From Paraspadella gotoi (taxonomy: Eukaryota; Animalia; Chaetognatha), in assembly GCA_051294375.1 (NCBI GenBank), contig CM119263.1, positions 30,674,258 to 30,738,257 on the forward strand: a stretch of 64,000 bases of DNA, read 5' to 3'. Each line of letters begins with the position of its first letter. The first letter of the stretch is position 1. Below, piece after piece: positions 1 to 12,206 of this stretch. The position numbers and the translations under genes were made by a program. The notes beneath the pieces are model-generated. The model searched no databases. It saw nothing but the letters and a program-made list of their open reading frames with translations, and was not told where the DNA came from.

Positions 1-454
1 AATATTAAATATTGAATATTGAAGGACCTCCATTATAGCATTTAAAAAGAACGAATTAAAAGATATCAAATTGAGTTCTTAATTAGATTACTGTTATATA
101 GTCCGAAGAATTTGGTGGTGATGACCATTTTTTGATAATTTCATATTTCATGTCAGAAAGGAGCATATTTTAAACATATAAAAGGGTAAAAGGGTATGTC
201 AAAAACAAATTGTTTAATTTTTTTAGAAGTCATATTTAGTATAAAAAGTAGTAGAAGGAAAAAAGAAATTTTTTTGAGAGAACTAGAAGTTATAAAAAGT
301 GTTCAATTTTGGCCCGCCTTACTAGATATATTGCATGTGATTAAACAATGTTATCGGAATAATAATTTTATCAATTTTAAGTATTTTGTAAGTATTTTAA
401 GTATTTTTATTCAGTGAGTAAAATAACAACTTTTTTATTCGCTAATTTTTATCT

Positions 455-1590
455 CGGACTCTCTCTTTCTCTCTCTCTCTTTGCAATTGCGACGATCCTT
501 ATGCTCATTTTTCTGCTCTTTCTCTCTCTCTCTCTCTCTCTCTTTTTCTGCAATTGCGACGATCCTTATGCTTTTAGGATTTTTTTAACTTGCATCATTT
601 TTCTGCTTGCATCATTTTTTCAACTTGCATTTTTTTTAAATTGCATCATTTTTTCACATTAATTAATTAATTAATTAATTAAAACATTTATTAGTAATCA
701 TAAATTAGTAATCATAAATAATAAAGATTCAAATAAATGTGACTTATGTTTTTTCCATTTAAACTCATTTCCACTGGCAAAATTCCGTCAAAACTTTATA
801 TCTAGCTTCTGCACACACTTTCCTACCCGCTCACAAAATTTCATCTCAATCTATTATGGGTTAAAATAAGTAAAAAGAGTCAAGTAAATGTGACTTATAT
901 TTTTTTCATTTAAACTCATTTCCACTCAGCCAATCACGAGTTATTAGGGCTTTTTGCTAAGGTGGGACGGATTGATTGATTAATTAATTAGTGATTAATT
1001 AATTGATTAATTAACTGATCAATTATTTGATTTATTAATACATCCTGCATATACATTTAATATAAAAGGGAAAAAAATCATAATCAATTAGTGAAACAGG
1101 TTTTTTGTTTTTTTCCATTTAAACTCATTTCCACTCAAACGATTCCATCGAAACTTGGTTTCCTGTTCAATCACACACTTTCCTACTCACATACAAAATT
1201 CCAGGTCAATCGCCCCATCCACTCATGAGCAATTGGTGTTCAAATAGTGAATTATATTTTTTTGTTTTTTCCATTTAAACTCATTTCCACTCGGATGATT
1301 CCATCGAAACTTTATATCCAGCTCAATCACACACTTCCCTACCCACACACAAAATTTCATTTAAATCCATCCATCCAATCACGAGTAATTGGTGTTTTTT
1401 GCTAAGGTGGGACGGACGGACGGACGGAGGGAGGGACGGACATCATTTTTTTTGCATAATTTATCATAATTCGATGTTCTGACATGATATAAGTTAGTGC
1501 CCGACAATATTGAGGGGGCGGACCGACGGACCGACAAAGTGAATTATAGAGTCGGAATCTGCTGATAAGCAGATCCGACTAAAAAAAAAA
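455..1590 (-). mobile_element. Helentron-associated non-autonomous element (HINE/DINE-1-like), family H1, 3'-truncated
   Basis: On - strand starts with T-run + hairpin agtcggatctgc-ttatca-gcagattccgact, then (gtcc)n microsatellite and tandem ~120-bp internal subrepeats; same sequence recurs many times in the window. Confidence 0.75.
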
Positions 1591-2089
1591 GAATTCAGCA
1601 GAGAAAATAAAGGGACAAAAACTGAGGCGAGTATCGCGACATTGAAATTTTAACCACTCCTTGGACTCCACTTCCACAAACGATGGCACCGCTAACTACA
1701 GACGACGCTGACGCCGCCGTCACCGTGGATTAATCATAAGAGAATCATCGCGACCGTAAATATGCGGCGACAACGACGTCTCTCTCTTTCTTTCTGTCTC
1801 TCTTTCTTTCTTATTTTATCTCTTTCTTTCTTTCTTCTCTTTGTCTTTTTTATTCCTTTTAGTTTTACTCTTTATTTTTTTCTGAATTATTTATAAATAA
1901 ATTCTTTAGTTTATGGTCAAAATAATTCGGTAACTCGAGATTTTTTTTTTTGATTTTGGTTGCTTAGCAGATTTAGTAAGTAATTTAATAATTATTCCTA
2001 AGTTGCCTCACTAACAAAATTAAAAACGTCATATACTTTCATGTATCTCCAAAAGCATTTTTGAAGATCCAAAATAATGTGTTTTTTAG

Positions 2090-2698
2090 ATTCTGAGGTA
2101 TCATTCGAAGAAAAGTTGCTAAATTTAAACTCAGCAAAGGCATATAGTTACATGTTATCAACCCAAATGCTCTTGAAATTTTGTCAAGAATATTCAACTT
2201 GGTATTCTTGGAGAAATTTAGTTCATAGTAATTTTGTTAATATACTTATTTATTTTATGGATTTTAGTCTTTTTTTTGGAAACCAATTTTGCTATACATT
2301 TCAAACAGATAATTTTAGTTTATTTCCATTATTAGTGAGTTTATTATTTAGTTTTTTTGCTACTGCTGTTATAAATGCAAAATATTCAAGTTACTCAATG
2401 GCTTGTTTTTATTATTATAAGGAATATAATATCACAGTTAAAACAGTAAAGAATCTGTTACCAAATTCAGAAAATCTTTTAAAAAAACAATGCTTATCAT
2501 ACCTTCGACTTAATTATTTGGTTTACAATCGTATTTCATTATTGCTTTCTGATGATTTGATTGATCTCCCACAACACTTAAAGCTCTCTGGAAAAATAAA
2601 GAAAAAAATACTAAGGAAGAAAAGTATTTTTTCATATTATGATTACAATTTAAAGCAATCTGTTACAGCCTCTGGAATGTATGTATTCTATCCTCCAG
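2090..2698 (+). CDS. Exon of divergent multi-repeat cyclic-nucleotide-gated (CNGK-like) channel gene 1: pore/S6, C-linker, start of CNBD
   Basis: ORF 2077-2706 has hydrophobic segments, then LIDLPQHLK...IFSYY...YVFYPPG (CNG C-linker/CNBD start). Acceptor ttttttag at 2088-2089 is tentative; donor cag|gtcagt at 2699 is phase 1 and matches the acceptor at 5109. Confidence 0.75.
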
Positions 2699-2879
2699 GT
2701 CAGTAAACATAATTTATTTCAAGGAACAACCCGGTAATGATGATGAAGTTTATAAGAATTTTGATCAACCCCAATAATTTTTCCCTTTATAATTTTTTTA
2801 AAACTTTGACTCAAAATTTCTTTTTTTTAAATTAAGTAAGAATTTATATGTTTAATTATTCAATAATCAAAATAAAGCA

Positions 2880-3210
2880 TTTTTTCGGCTCTATGTATGT
2901 AGTCGGGCATTGCATAAGTTCTCCCCGCCTATAAGCATGATACCTTAACTCGTGACCCGGTGGCTTCCCTACTGCGTCGAAATGCCTGTCGGCGATGGCG
3001 GCCAGTTCCGCCGCTGTCAATGATTCGGCGCGTTCGATAACGTTCGCATTGACCGCTGGAGGGAGGCTTCTAATGACGAGCTACTTCCTGATGTCGTCAA
3101 TGTTGACCGTCGACGATTTCACTACCAAGCGGGCGAGGGGTTGCGACGGTCGCATGTCGTCACTGGAATTCTTGGCCTTAGGTAGGGGTAGCCGCACTCA
3201 ATGGGGTGAG
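2880..3210 (-). pseudogene. Degenerate Gypsy gag fragment (DUF7041-type gag)
   Basis: GC-rich island; - strand reads DMRPSQPLARL...DIRK*LVIRSLPPAV...ELAAIADRHF, resembling the LGDRKPSQLL...LP..V...ELA..AD gag pattern, with an in-frame stop. Confidence 0.6.
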
Positions 3211-5109
3211 TCAAAAATTTAGAGTGAGTACATGCTCAAACGAATATTTAGACATTTTTAAGAATACTTTCAATGGACAAAAAATTTCTAATATGGCTCT
3301 ATACCCTAGTAATTAATTTTTTAATATTTATTTATAGATAGGAAAGGTCAAAAAATTTTTTTTGAATTTTTTAATTTTAAGATCAGATTCAGATAGCTCA
3401 TAAAAAGTTGTCTACACAAAGTATGATTCTTTTTTAAATATTTTTATGATAAGCGTGTCAAAAATAAGAAAAACTATAAAAAATCATCATCATCATCATC
3501 TTTCGATGATTTTATCAGTTTTTCTATATTTTCACTTAGAAAACGTAAGAATTTTTAAAAGCTGTAATTATATTTCTTGTTTAACTTTTTATGCTCTATC
3601 AGAATCCATCAAAAAATTTTAAGATTTTAAAAAAATATTTTTTGCTCTATATAGTAATATAATATTTTTAATTAGGCGAGTACCTTCAGAAGAAAGCATT
3701 TTTGACAAAAAATATTTTAATACCATAATCTATGTTCATGATAGATTATTTTAACGCTGTATACATTAGCATTTAAATTTCATCGGCTATGGCTACCTTA
3801 GGGAGCGTCTCGGCTTGCTGGCGCTTCGTCAAACAGTATTCGGAACACAGATATTCGATTAAGGCCGACCGCCACTGCCATTGTCGAGGGCGCGTCCGCG
3901 AAGGCGTTTGTGTTGGCGGAAGGAAAAGTAAATAGTAGCATAGTAGCATGATAAAATGTTATTTTAAATATATAAAATTATAAATTAAAAGTTATTTTCA
4001 GTTTAATATAAACAGTTTGGATGTCTACCTTTTTGTCTGTGAAAAAATAAATAATAATAATCATTTTTCATTAAGTTTAACTGAAACAAAAAGCTTGACC
4101 CACTGCTTGTTTATCATATTACAATTTTAAATAAATACAAATGCAAACATATATTTTTTAAATTTTATTTTATTTTAAGCTTTTATCATTTTTTTAATAT
4201 TATATATATATATAATAACATCTAATATTCTCAATTTGAGCAAAGCTTTACTTCTTTAAAGATTTTGAAAAAAATATTTCACTTGACCAATGGTCATTCA
4301 GAATTTTAGTTTTGCATAAAAAATAAAGATATCAAAAAACGAAAAACATCAGATTGTTCCAAAATCGAATGCCTTGAATCTGATATTTTTCAAAATGCAA
4401 AATTTTGGTTCATAGTCTAGATCTAAAATTCTGAACACAAAAATGTTTTTTTTCAAAAATTGAATTATTCTATCTTCTTCAATAATTAAAAATTAATTAA
4501 GCATATTATTCTTGTATATTAAGCAGCCAAATTTATCATGCATATTGGCAAAAGATTGCTTTTTTGAAAAATCTTTTTGAAAATCTTTGCTATTGATGAT
4601 GATGGTCTATTACAATGAACAAGTTCAAATATAGATAAAAAGAAAAAAATATTTTGTACTATTCCCAGATAAAAAATTATTTACTAATGGGTCTGAAATA
4701 TTGCTCTTTTTCTGTAGATAATGAATATCTATTGTTAAAGCTCATTATGTACATTCGTAAGGTAACCAAGGCTCTTAACATAACGTTACTACAATTTTTT
4801 GTAAGCATTTTTCTGGACTTTTTGTCAGATTTCTTCTTTTCCTGACCCTATTGCCCTTCTTGTGGGTGGTTGACACTCATGGAGACAGTACCTTAGGTCT
4901 CCGAGTACCAAACAACAACTATAGCTAAAAGATTATGAATCAAATATGGCGACAGGTGTAGTAAAAATGATCATAAGTAGGGTGGGAAGCAAATTAAGCA
5001 TGATCCGTCTCTGCGTCGTAACAAAATAAATTTTTGTTTTCACTAAACCACTAATCAATAATCCATTATGATTTATAGTCAAAAATTATTACCCGCCTTT
5101 ATTTGTTAG

Positions 5110-7121
5110 GATTTACTGTATGGTCTTCAGACTCGCAGTTTTCTGTACTCCATATTATAAGAGGTGTTTGTGTATCTATAGATAAGATTGGAGTTATGAC
5201 AAAATATACTGCAGAAGATGTAGTTGGAATGAGTAGTTATTGGTTTAAAAAACAACCATCAACTCTCATTTGTAAAACTTATGTTTTTGGTTTTTTTATT
5301 GGGAAAGAGGTATATCTCAAGAGTTTTCTAGAATCATTTTTTTCAGATACAATTCAGGTTTACATGAGAATTGCCCCAGTTATTGAATTTGAGTCAAACA
5401 CATTAAAAAGCATCAGCACAGAACAAAAATATGTAGAGAACAAATTAATTTCAGAATTCTCTCAAACTTATACCTTAAATATAAAAGAAAGAAAAAATCG
5501 GTTTACTAAACATTTAATTCTTCAGAATTGTATCCAGAATTTGCAAATACAATTATTTATTCACTGTTTTTTAATGGGAATGTTATATATAGTATCTGTA
5601 GTATTATCTATTATTCAAATACAGTTTTTAGATTATCCAAGATATTTATGGCTTATACACTCCGTTTTAGATAGCTTAATAATTATGGATGGGTATTTCA
5701 TATTTCAGCAAAACCTTAAATATTCCCTCTCATCAATAAAATTTTCATTTATTTATTACACTTTTTTGGTCTTTCCTTTAGATATTTTCTTTGTGAATAG
5801 TTCGTCAAAATTTTTCATCTTATTACGATCATATCGGATAATTAGATTACTTGAACCATTTAGAAGAATTTCTGCTTTCAAAAAGTTATGTCCTGAATAC
5901 TTGAATCTTATCTTTGGTTGGGAAGTTATTTTAAGAACAATATTACACATATTGGTTTTATCGTTTTTTATAGATATTTATTGGTGTCGTTTGGATAATT
6001 CAATATCATGTAAAAATAATATCATAGCGAGTTATTTTCTTATACCTAATGGAATAAAAAATATTAAAAAGATATTAGAAAATTCATTTAAAACTACAGA
6101 TTTGAATGAAAAATATTTTCCTATATTTCAGGAAAATGACAATAATTATTATTTGCTTGGTTCTTTACAAGAATACATAAAACTGATAAATCAAAGTATT
6201 GTTTCTTATAGTTTGCCCATATTATATGGACAAGCGATTCACACTGTCATATTAAGTGAATCTGATTTGACTTTTTATTCGATTGGTATTTATGAAGCTA
6301 TAAATATCTTTACCTTTACTGGATTGCCTATCAGCCCATTTAGTAAAGAAATGTTTGTATTACCATCAATTTTAATGTTTCTCGTGATCTTTTTTTTAAG
6401 TTATTTCCATTCTTTGTACATACTTGGAAGTATAGCAGGAGTGTTCACTTCAATTGATCACACAAATTTAAAACGACAAGAGAAAGTAAAAAACCTTAAA
6501 TTTTTTCTTGAATCTAAAGAAATTGAAAATTGTTTAATTAAAGAAGCAATTTCTTGTCTGGAACTTTATTTTTCTACTAAAGAATACTTAATTTCCTTAC
6601 TGACTTATGAAGCCATAAATCCAAGAACATGGTCATCAATTAATTTTAATTCCCATCAAATAATTTTTAAAAAGTTGGGATTTTTCAATACAGTCCCTTG
6701 TGATCAACTTTACTACGCTAGTAGTACATTGAAAAAAATTTCAATTTGTTCTAATCAAGTAATTTTAAATGAAGGTCAAATAGTAGACTTTATAAAGATT
6801 CTTCTCACTGGAACCTTGATATTTGTTCCTAAGGTACCTCATAAGTCAAACATATCAACATTAAAGGATACAAAAAATCTTCCTTCATCTTATTGTTTAA
6901 AGCCCGGGGAATGCCTGGGACTGCGAAACATAAATCCAACTCTATTTAAACTGGAAATTTGGCCTTACCAAATAGTAACCGCTGAAGATTGTGTTTTTTT
7001 AAAAATATCTTATAACGATTTAAATGCACTTGAAGAAAAAGCAGAAATTTTTGTAAAAAAATTGTATGAAGCTTCTGAAAAAACTTACTCCAACATAACA
7101 AATTTTAATCAGGCTGACTAG
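5110..7121 (+). CDS. Terminal exon of CNGK-like channel gene 1: remainder of a CNBD, S1-S6, C-linker, second CNBD, stop
   Basis: 672-aa ORF. Splicing 2698->5110 gives YPPGFTVWSSDSQFSVLHIIRGVCV (CNBD strands). S3 FPLD, S4 LLRSYRIIRLL, pore FTFTGLP, C-linker RQEKVKNLKFFL, CNBD VILNEGQIVDFIKILLTG...LKPGECLG. Confidence 0.88.
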
Positions 7122-7419
7122 ACAATTGTTCCTTCATTTTATAATTCAAATATTTAAAATGACAGTTTGTATATTTGTTAGTTTGCTTCAGTTTATAATT
7201 ACATCTTGTTTAATGGTTAACATTTTAATAATTTTTAATTTATTGTAAATCGCTTTACTCGCTCTAATCGCTTTACTCACTCCGCGAGTACTCGCGGCGC
7301 AACTAAAAATGTCACGTGTTGAAAAATTAGTTAATTTCATTATCAAATACATTTTTTTGCACGTAAATAGTTTTTATTATCTAGTACGACCTCCCTAAGA
7401 CTGAATAACTGGAAATTAA

Positions 7420-7878
7420 GTTTCGATGGAATCGTCTGAGTGGAAATGAGTTTAAATAGAAAAAACAAAAAACCTGTTTCACTAATTGATCATGCTTCTT
7501 GCATTTACATTTAAAATAAAAAGAAAAAGATGTATTAATAAATCAAATAATTAATCAGTTAATTAATCTATTAGTCAATTGATTATTCAATGAATCAATT
7601 TATCTAGTTATCTATTAATTAATTCAATCAATTAATTTATAAATTAATTAATTATTTAATCAATCAATCAAGTCAAACGTTATCGGCATTATTGTCGTCG
7701 TCGCCATCATCGTCGTCGTTGATTTTGTAGTGGTCAGTGACGAAAAGACCTAAAAACAAACATTTTGGATCAAATTAATTAATTTATTAATTAAATTATT
7801 ATTTTAGTTTATATAGTTTGTATTGATTAATTAATTGATCGTGGGCAGTTCCGACATTGTTTGCTCAAACTTGTTTTT
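7420..7878 (+). mobile_element. H1 HINE-like element, 3' fragment
   Basis: Internal subrepeat plus family 3' terminus gcagttccgacattgtttgctcaaacttgtt followed by T-run. Confidence 0.6.
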
Positions 7879-8140
7879 TCATGCATCAAAAAAAAATTAA
7901 AAAAATTCTCTATAATATGAATAATACTTGATCATTAGAGCGTTCAAAGATAACAATAAAAGAATTCTGAATGGATTAAATATTTTAGTATATATTTTGT
8001 TACCTTTTAATGTAATAAGGTCCAAAGAATTCGATAATGATAACCATTTTTTTGTATAGTTTCATCTGCCTTGTCGGAAATGCCGATTTTTGAAGCATAT
8101 ATGGCCTCTCGAGGGATTTAAATCGTTTAAGAAAGAAATC

Positions 8141-8210
8141 CGCCGTTCCGGGTAGCGAACCCGGGCTCGCGTCTGGGACAGTAAGATTTCCAATCAAGAG
8201 CCACCCAGGC
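8141..8210 (-). pseudogene. tRNA-derived sequence (tRNA pseudogene or SINE head)
   Basis: - strand gcctgggtggctcttgattgg...ccgggttcgctacccgg: A-box-like motif and T-arm/B-box hairpin; acceptor and anticodon stems imperfect. Confidence 0.5.
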
Positions 8211-8396
8211 TGCTACAAAAACGCGACTTTGATTCTAAACTTAATGATTGAACAAAATGAAACATTTTGTTTTTACAATGTTTTAATATCTTTTGTTATT
8301 CACTGTTTACTTTATCAATTGTGGTCTCAAGAAATTCTGTTGGATTTTTATCTTGATGTAAAATACTACTTCATCACAACTCGTTTTTATTTCTAT

Positions 8397-8991
8397 TGAA
8401 GAGGCTGGTTGTACAGGGCGCCACACCCGCAGCGGTGTCACCTCGTGGCGACAGCGAGACAGCATGTTCATATAGTCCAGAGCTTTGGATCTGGCAGTAG
8501 GCGTTTGCCTACAGTCGGGTTACCCGGTCCATCCCACTTTCTACATGTCAACCTCAGGGCTCAAACCAGGGACACACATTGGGATGGTGCATTAGTCCAC
8601 TGAGCCACTGCGAAAGAAAAAGCTTTAATCCATCTGTGGTGATAGGGCCACCAGACAGCAGCCCCCAGGACTGTCACATATGAGAGTATGAAGTAGGGGA
8701 TGAAACGCATGTCTCTCCGCTGAACCTCTCTTCATTCTGGTGGCCTTGCTTTGAGTGGCAGCTGCGTAGCTCAAACCACATCAAGGGCAGAGGAATATTA
8801 TCATGCCCGGTTTGCATGTTTAGATCACGTCGGGCTCACCATTGAAGAGGCTGGTTTTACAGGGCGCCACACCCGCAGCGCTCAGGGCTCGAATCAGGGA
8901 CGCACATTGGGATGGTGCATAAGTCCACTGAGCCACTGAGGCGCAGCGAAAGAAACAGCTTTAATCCATCTGTGGTGATAGGACCACCAGA
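8397..8991 (-). mobile_element. TRIM family B (non-autonomous LTR element with tRNA-like LTR)
   Basis: Direct repeats 8397-8655 and 8843-8991 (second internally deleted). PBS TGGTGAGCCCGACGTGATC at 8823-8841 resembles the tRNA-Trp 3' complement; G-rich PPT; flanks ctat/caat. Confidence 0.85.
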
Positions 8992-9482
8992 CAATCATCA
9001 AATTTAAGAAATACATTAACTCATGATATGAAAAGTTTCATTGAATTAAAAACTTATTCTTCATATTACTCAAGTGAAACGCCATCTATTAATCTATAAT
9101 CGAATTAATAACTTATTTCTACAAATAATGTAATCAGCAAATAAGTGATTAAATGAATGACACGCCTTTCCTACAACTTCGATATATAAAGAGAACCAAG
9201 ACTTTATATCTCATCGTCTTAGAACCGTGGCATTCTAGTTGTCACGCTCACGTCTCACTCTGTGGCGGCAACGTGACCGCGCTACACATATAAGGTGCTA
9301 TTAAAATGGCGCAAACATTGAAGCATATGAGAAACTCAAATTATTAAAATTTTATAAAAGTTATATTTAGCTTCCATAATATAAAAATAGAAACTGTAAA
9401 GTACTTTGACGCTTCATGCCCGCAGAGTAAAAATATTTTAGTAAGTTTATTTATAAATTTTTTATTTTAGATTATTAGCTAT

Positions 9483-9648
9483 TGTATTTTGACTTTCTTT
9501 TTTGCTATTTAGAATAGTTAGAGATGAAACGAAAAATTCGTTGTAATAGCAATTTTATTTTTATTAATGTACATGTTTCGACTCTTAGTTTTTGCGAGTC
9601 TTCATCAGCAAGTGAATTCAATAGACCAAAATTTTTAAACATTAGTTT

Positions 9649-9679
<31 letters not shown>

Positions 9680-10539
9680 TTTCCAACAAAGAATTGAGCA
9701 AGGATAGTGGTCAGATGTGAGGACAGGTGAAAGTAGGGAAAGAGAGAGTAAATGATTTTTGAAATTGGTGAAAAGAAAAAGAGAGAGAGAGAGAGAGACA
9801 CAGGGATCAATACATTAGGCAATGTACAACAGTGAAAAATTTTTTAGAAAAACTAAATATTTAACAAAAGTAATAATAAATTAATTGTTAGCTGATGATT
9901 GTTAGTAAGAGAAAATGAAATAAAGAATAAGTGATGAGGGATAGATAAGTTAAAGATAAGTGAAATAGTAAGGTAAGAAAAAGAGCTCAAAAATGAGCTG
10001 CCCCCCCCCAGCCGGGCAAATGTGGGACGTTAACGATGTAGTCGGGTCATTGGCCTGTCATAGGCTGAGATGATATTGTGGTGGAATGGGACAGGGCTGG
10101 ATCTGGTAATGATCCGGCTGGAAAAATGCCTAGTGCCACTCGAATATCTCTCTGACCTGATAGGCCTGCCGAAGGCCCTCCTCTCACCTGACAGTGAGGT
10201 GGGCGATTGCCTGTTCGGGCCTGTTTGGGGACAGGTGATACAGACTCCTCTCCCTCCTCTTGTAGCTGTCGTTTTGGGCGACGCTCAGCACGAGAAGAGT
10301 CGCGCCAAGTTGCTGCAAGCTCGGTTGAGGCATCGGACGTCCATTGCCTGCTGAGAGCCTCCGCCTGACCCGTTGAGTGAGGACAGGGGAATCACCGTGC
10401 GGCTGAGGTGGCGTTGGTGCTCCACCACAGTTTTGATAAGCGAATCATAGCTTGGAGGGAGTTCGAATCGTTCGAGTCGAAACATGTACATTAATAAAAA
10501 TAAAATTGCTATTACAACGAATTTTTCGTTTCATCTCTA
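9483..10539 (-). mobile_element. 5'-truncated Penelope-like element with inverted terminal piece
   Basis: 67-bp inverted repeat 9518-9584 / 10474-10540; hammerhead in the terminal repeat; GC-rich ORF tail 10285-10491; flanking direct repeat agattattagctat at 9469-9482 and 10540-10553. Confidence 0.7.
9570..9608 (-). ncRNA. Minimal type I hammerhead ribozyme (Penelope-type)
   Basis: CTGATGA-a-GACTC-loop-GAGTC-GAAAC-ATGTA. Confidence 0.8.
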
Positions 10540-10993
10540 AGATTATTAGCTATATTTATTATTAATTAATAGTAAAAAATAGAATAGAATTCTTTGCAAA
10601 AAGTTGATGAAAGAAAATATAATCTTTTTTAACAAATGCTTTCATTAAGTGGGTTAGAAGTAAAAATATTAAAAACTACGATTTTTTTTTAATTTTTTCA
10701 TGTTTAACTTAAAATTATAGTTTTTTCTTTAAATTTTGACCAACTTATTTTCTTACATCAACTTTCTGCAAGGAATGCGAATTCGGGTTTAAAATCTTAA
10801 AATTATCATTTTTTAACTTTTGCTTAATTTTTACTCATAGTTACTATTTACTAATAAATATGGTAAATAACTTTTAATAATCATAAAATTTAAAAATAAA
10901 CTTACCAAAATATGTTTATAGGTCTTTATTTTTACATTTTATTTTATTTGAAATTGTATAAAATCTTAATAATTTGATTTATTTTAATTTATA

Positions 10994-11671
10994 CAGAATG
11001 CTTCATATTATATTTTTTGTGACCAGAAATCATTCCGAGAAAACTACTGGACCAAATTTATTGAAATCCCTATGTGAATACTAATAAAACTATAGAAGCG
11101 AATTTCAATATTTGACCGCTGAGCCGAGATATGGGCCCCCCGGGGGGTCACCCATGGGGGCAAAAAATGGTCAAAAATTTTTTTACATTTTTTTCATTAT
11201 TTTTGTTTTGAACAGTCGCACAGACGTTTACTCTCCCACAAAAACGTATTTATTACCTCAAAAATATTCATTTACCTTAATTTTTAGCTTCATGAACATC
11301 AGCAGTTAAAGTCAGATTTGGAATAATTTGGGAAAATTGGAAGTAAAACCATGCTTAATTATTGCAAATTTATCAATTTTAGTTCTAAAATTTTTTTTCT
11401 TATGTTTAAAACGTCAATGCACCTGATGCTACTAAAAATTTTGAAAAATGAAACAAATTTTTTTTAGCATTTTTAGGCCCCCCAGGGGTCCACCCCCAGG
11501 GCCCTGTATCTCCTGTCAGGGGTTGAATATCAAATTCGCCTCGATAGTTCCATTTATATAGTCATTATTACTCTAAATGTAAAATTTCATTAAATTCGAT
11601 CAGGTAGTTTGGTGGGAACAGATTCTGGTCACAAAAAAGGGGTACCACATTTTATAATATGAAGCCTTCTG
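10994..11671. mobile_element. Tc1/mariner-like MITE with long imperfect TIRs
   Basis: TA|cagaatgcttcatattata ... tataatatgaagccttctg|TA; inverted similarity continues inward (gtgaccagaa / ttctggtcac). Confidence 0.7.
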
Positions 11672-12206
11672 TAATGTTTTGCGTTTTATTAGCATTTTAT
11701 ATACATTAAAAATCGTCATTTCCATCAAGAAATATGAAACTATCCAAGAAAATGGTTATAACCATCGAATTTTTCAGACCTGATTACAGTAAAATAATTA
11801 TGAATGAAATTTATTATCTTATATCTTGTTATCTTTAAACGTTCTATTGATCATAATCATCACGCTTTCCCTTTAAAATCTATTGAAAACAAAAATTTCA
11901 ACTTGAAAAAAAAAATTGGTTGATTTATTATAATTATCATAGTAAATAAGTTAGGATTTACATAATAATTTTTTATAATAAAAAATCAACAAACTGACTT
12001 TTTATCGCCCAATTTTTTATTTTTATATCAGATAACTTCACAATCAGCGTTAAAAATTAACTTAAAATTTTGAAGAAATAACTACGCGCCTGAGAGTAAC
12101 TGTGATTATTAAAGCGTAGCAAAAATATTAAAATCAAGTAGAATCAAAATTCGAATAATAGATCATGAACATGCTTGTACCTGTAAACATTTCAGCAGAT
12201 CCCGAC

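Noticed and set aside
414-662. Many short Leu/Ser/Phe-rich or RTDG-repeat ORFs across the window
   Set aside because: Translations of (ct)n, (ggac)n and HINE subrepeats
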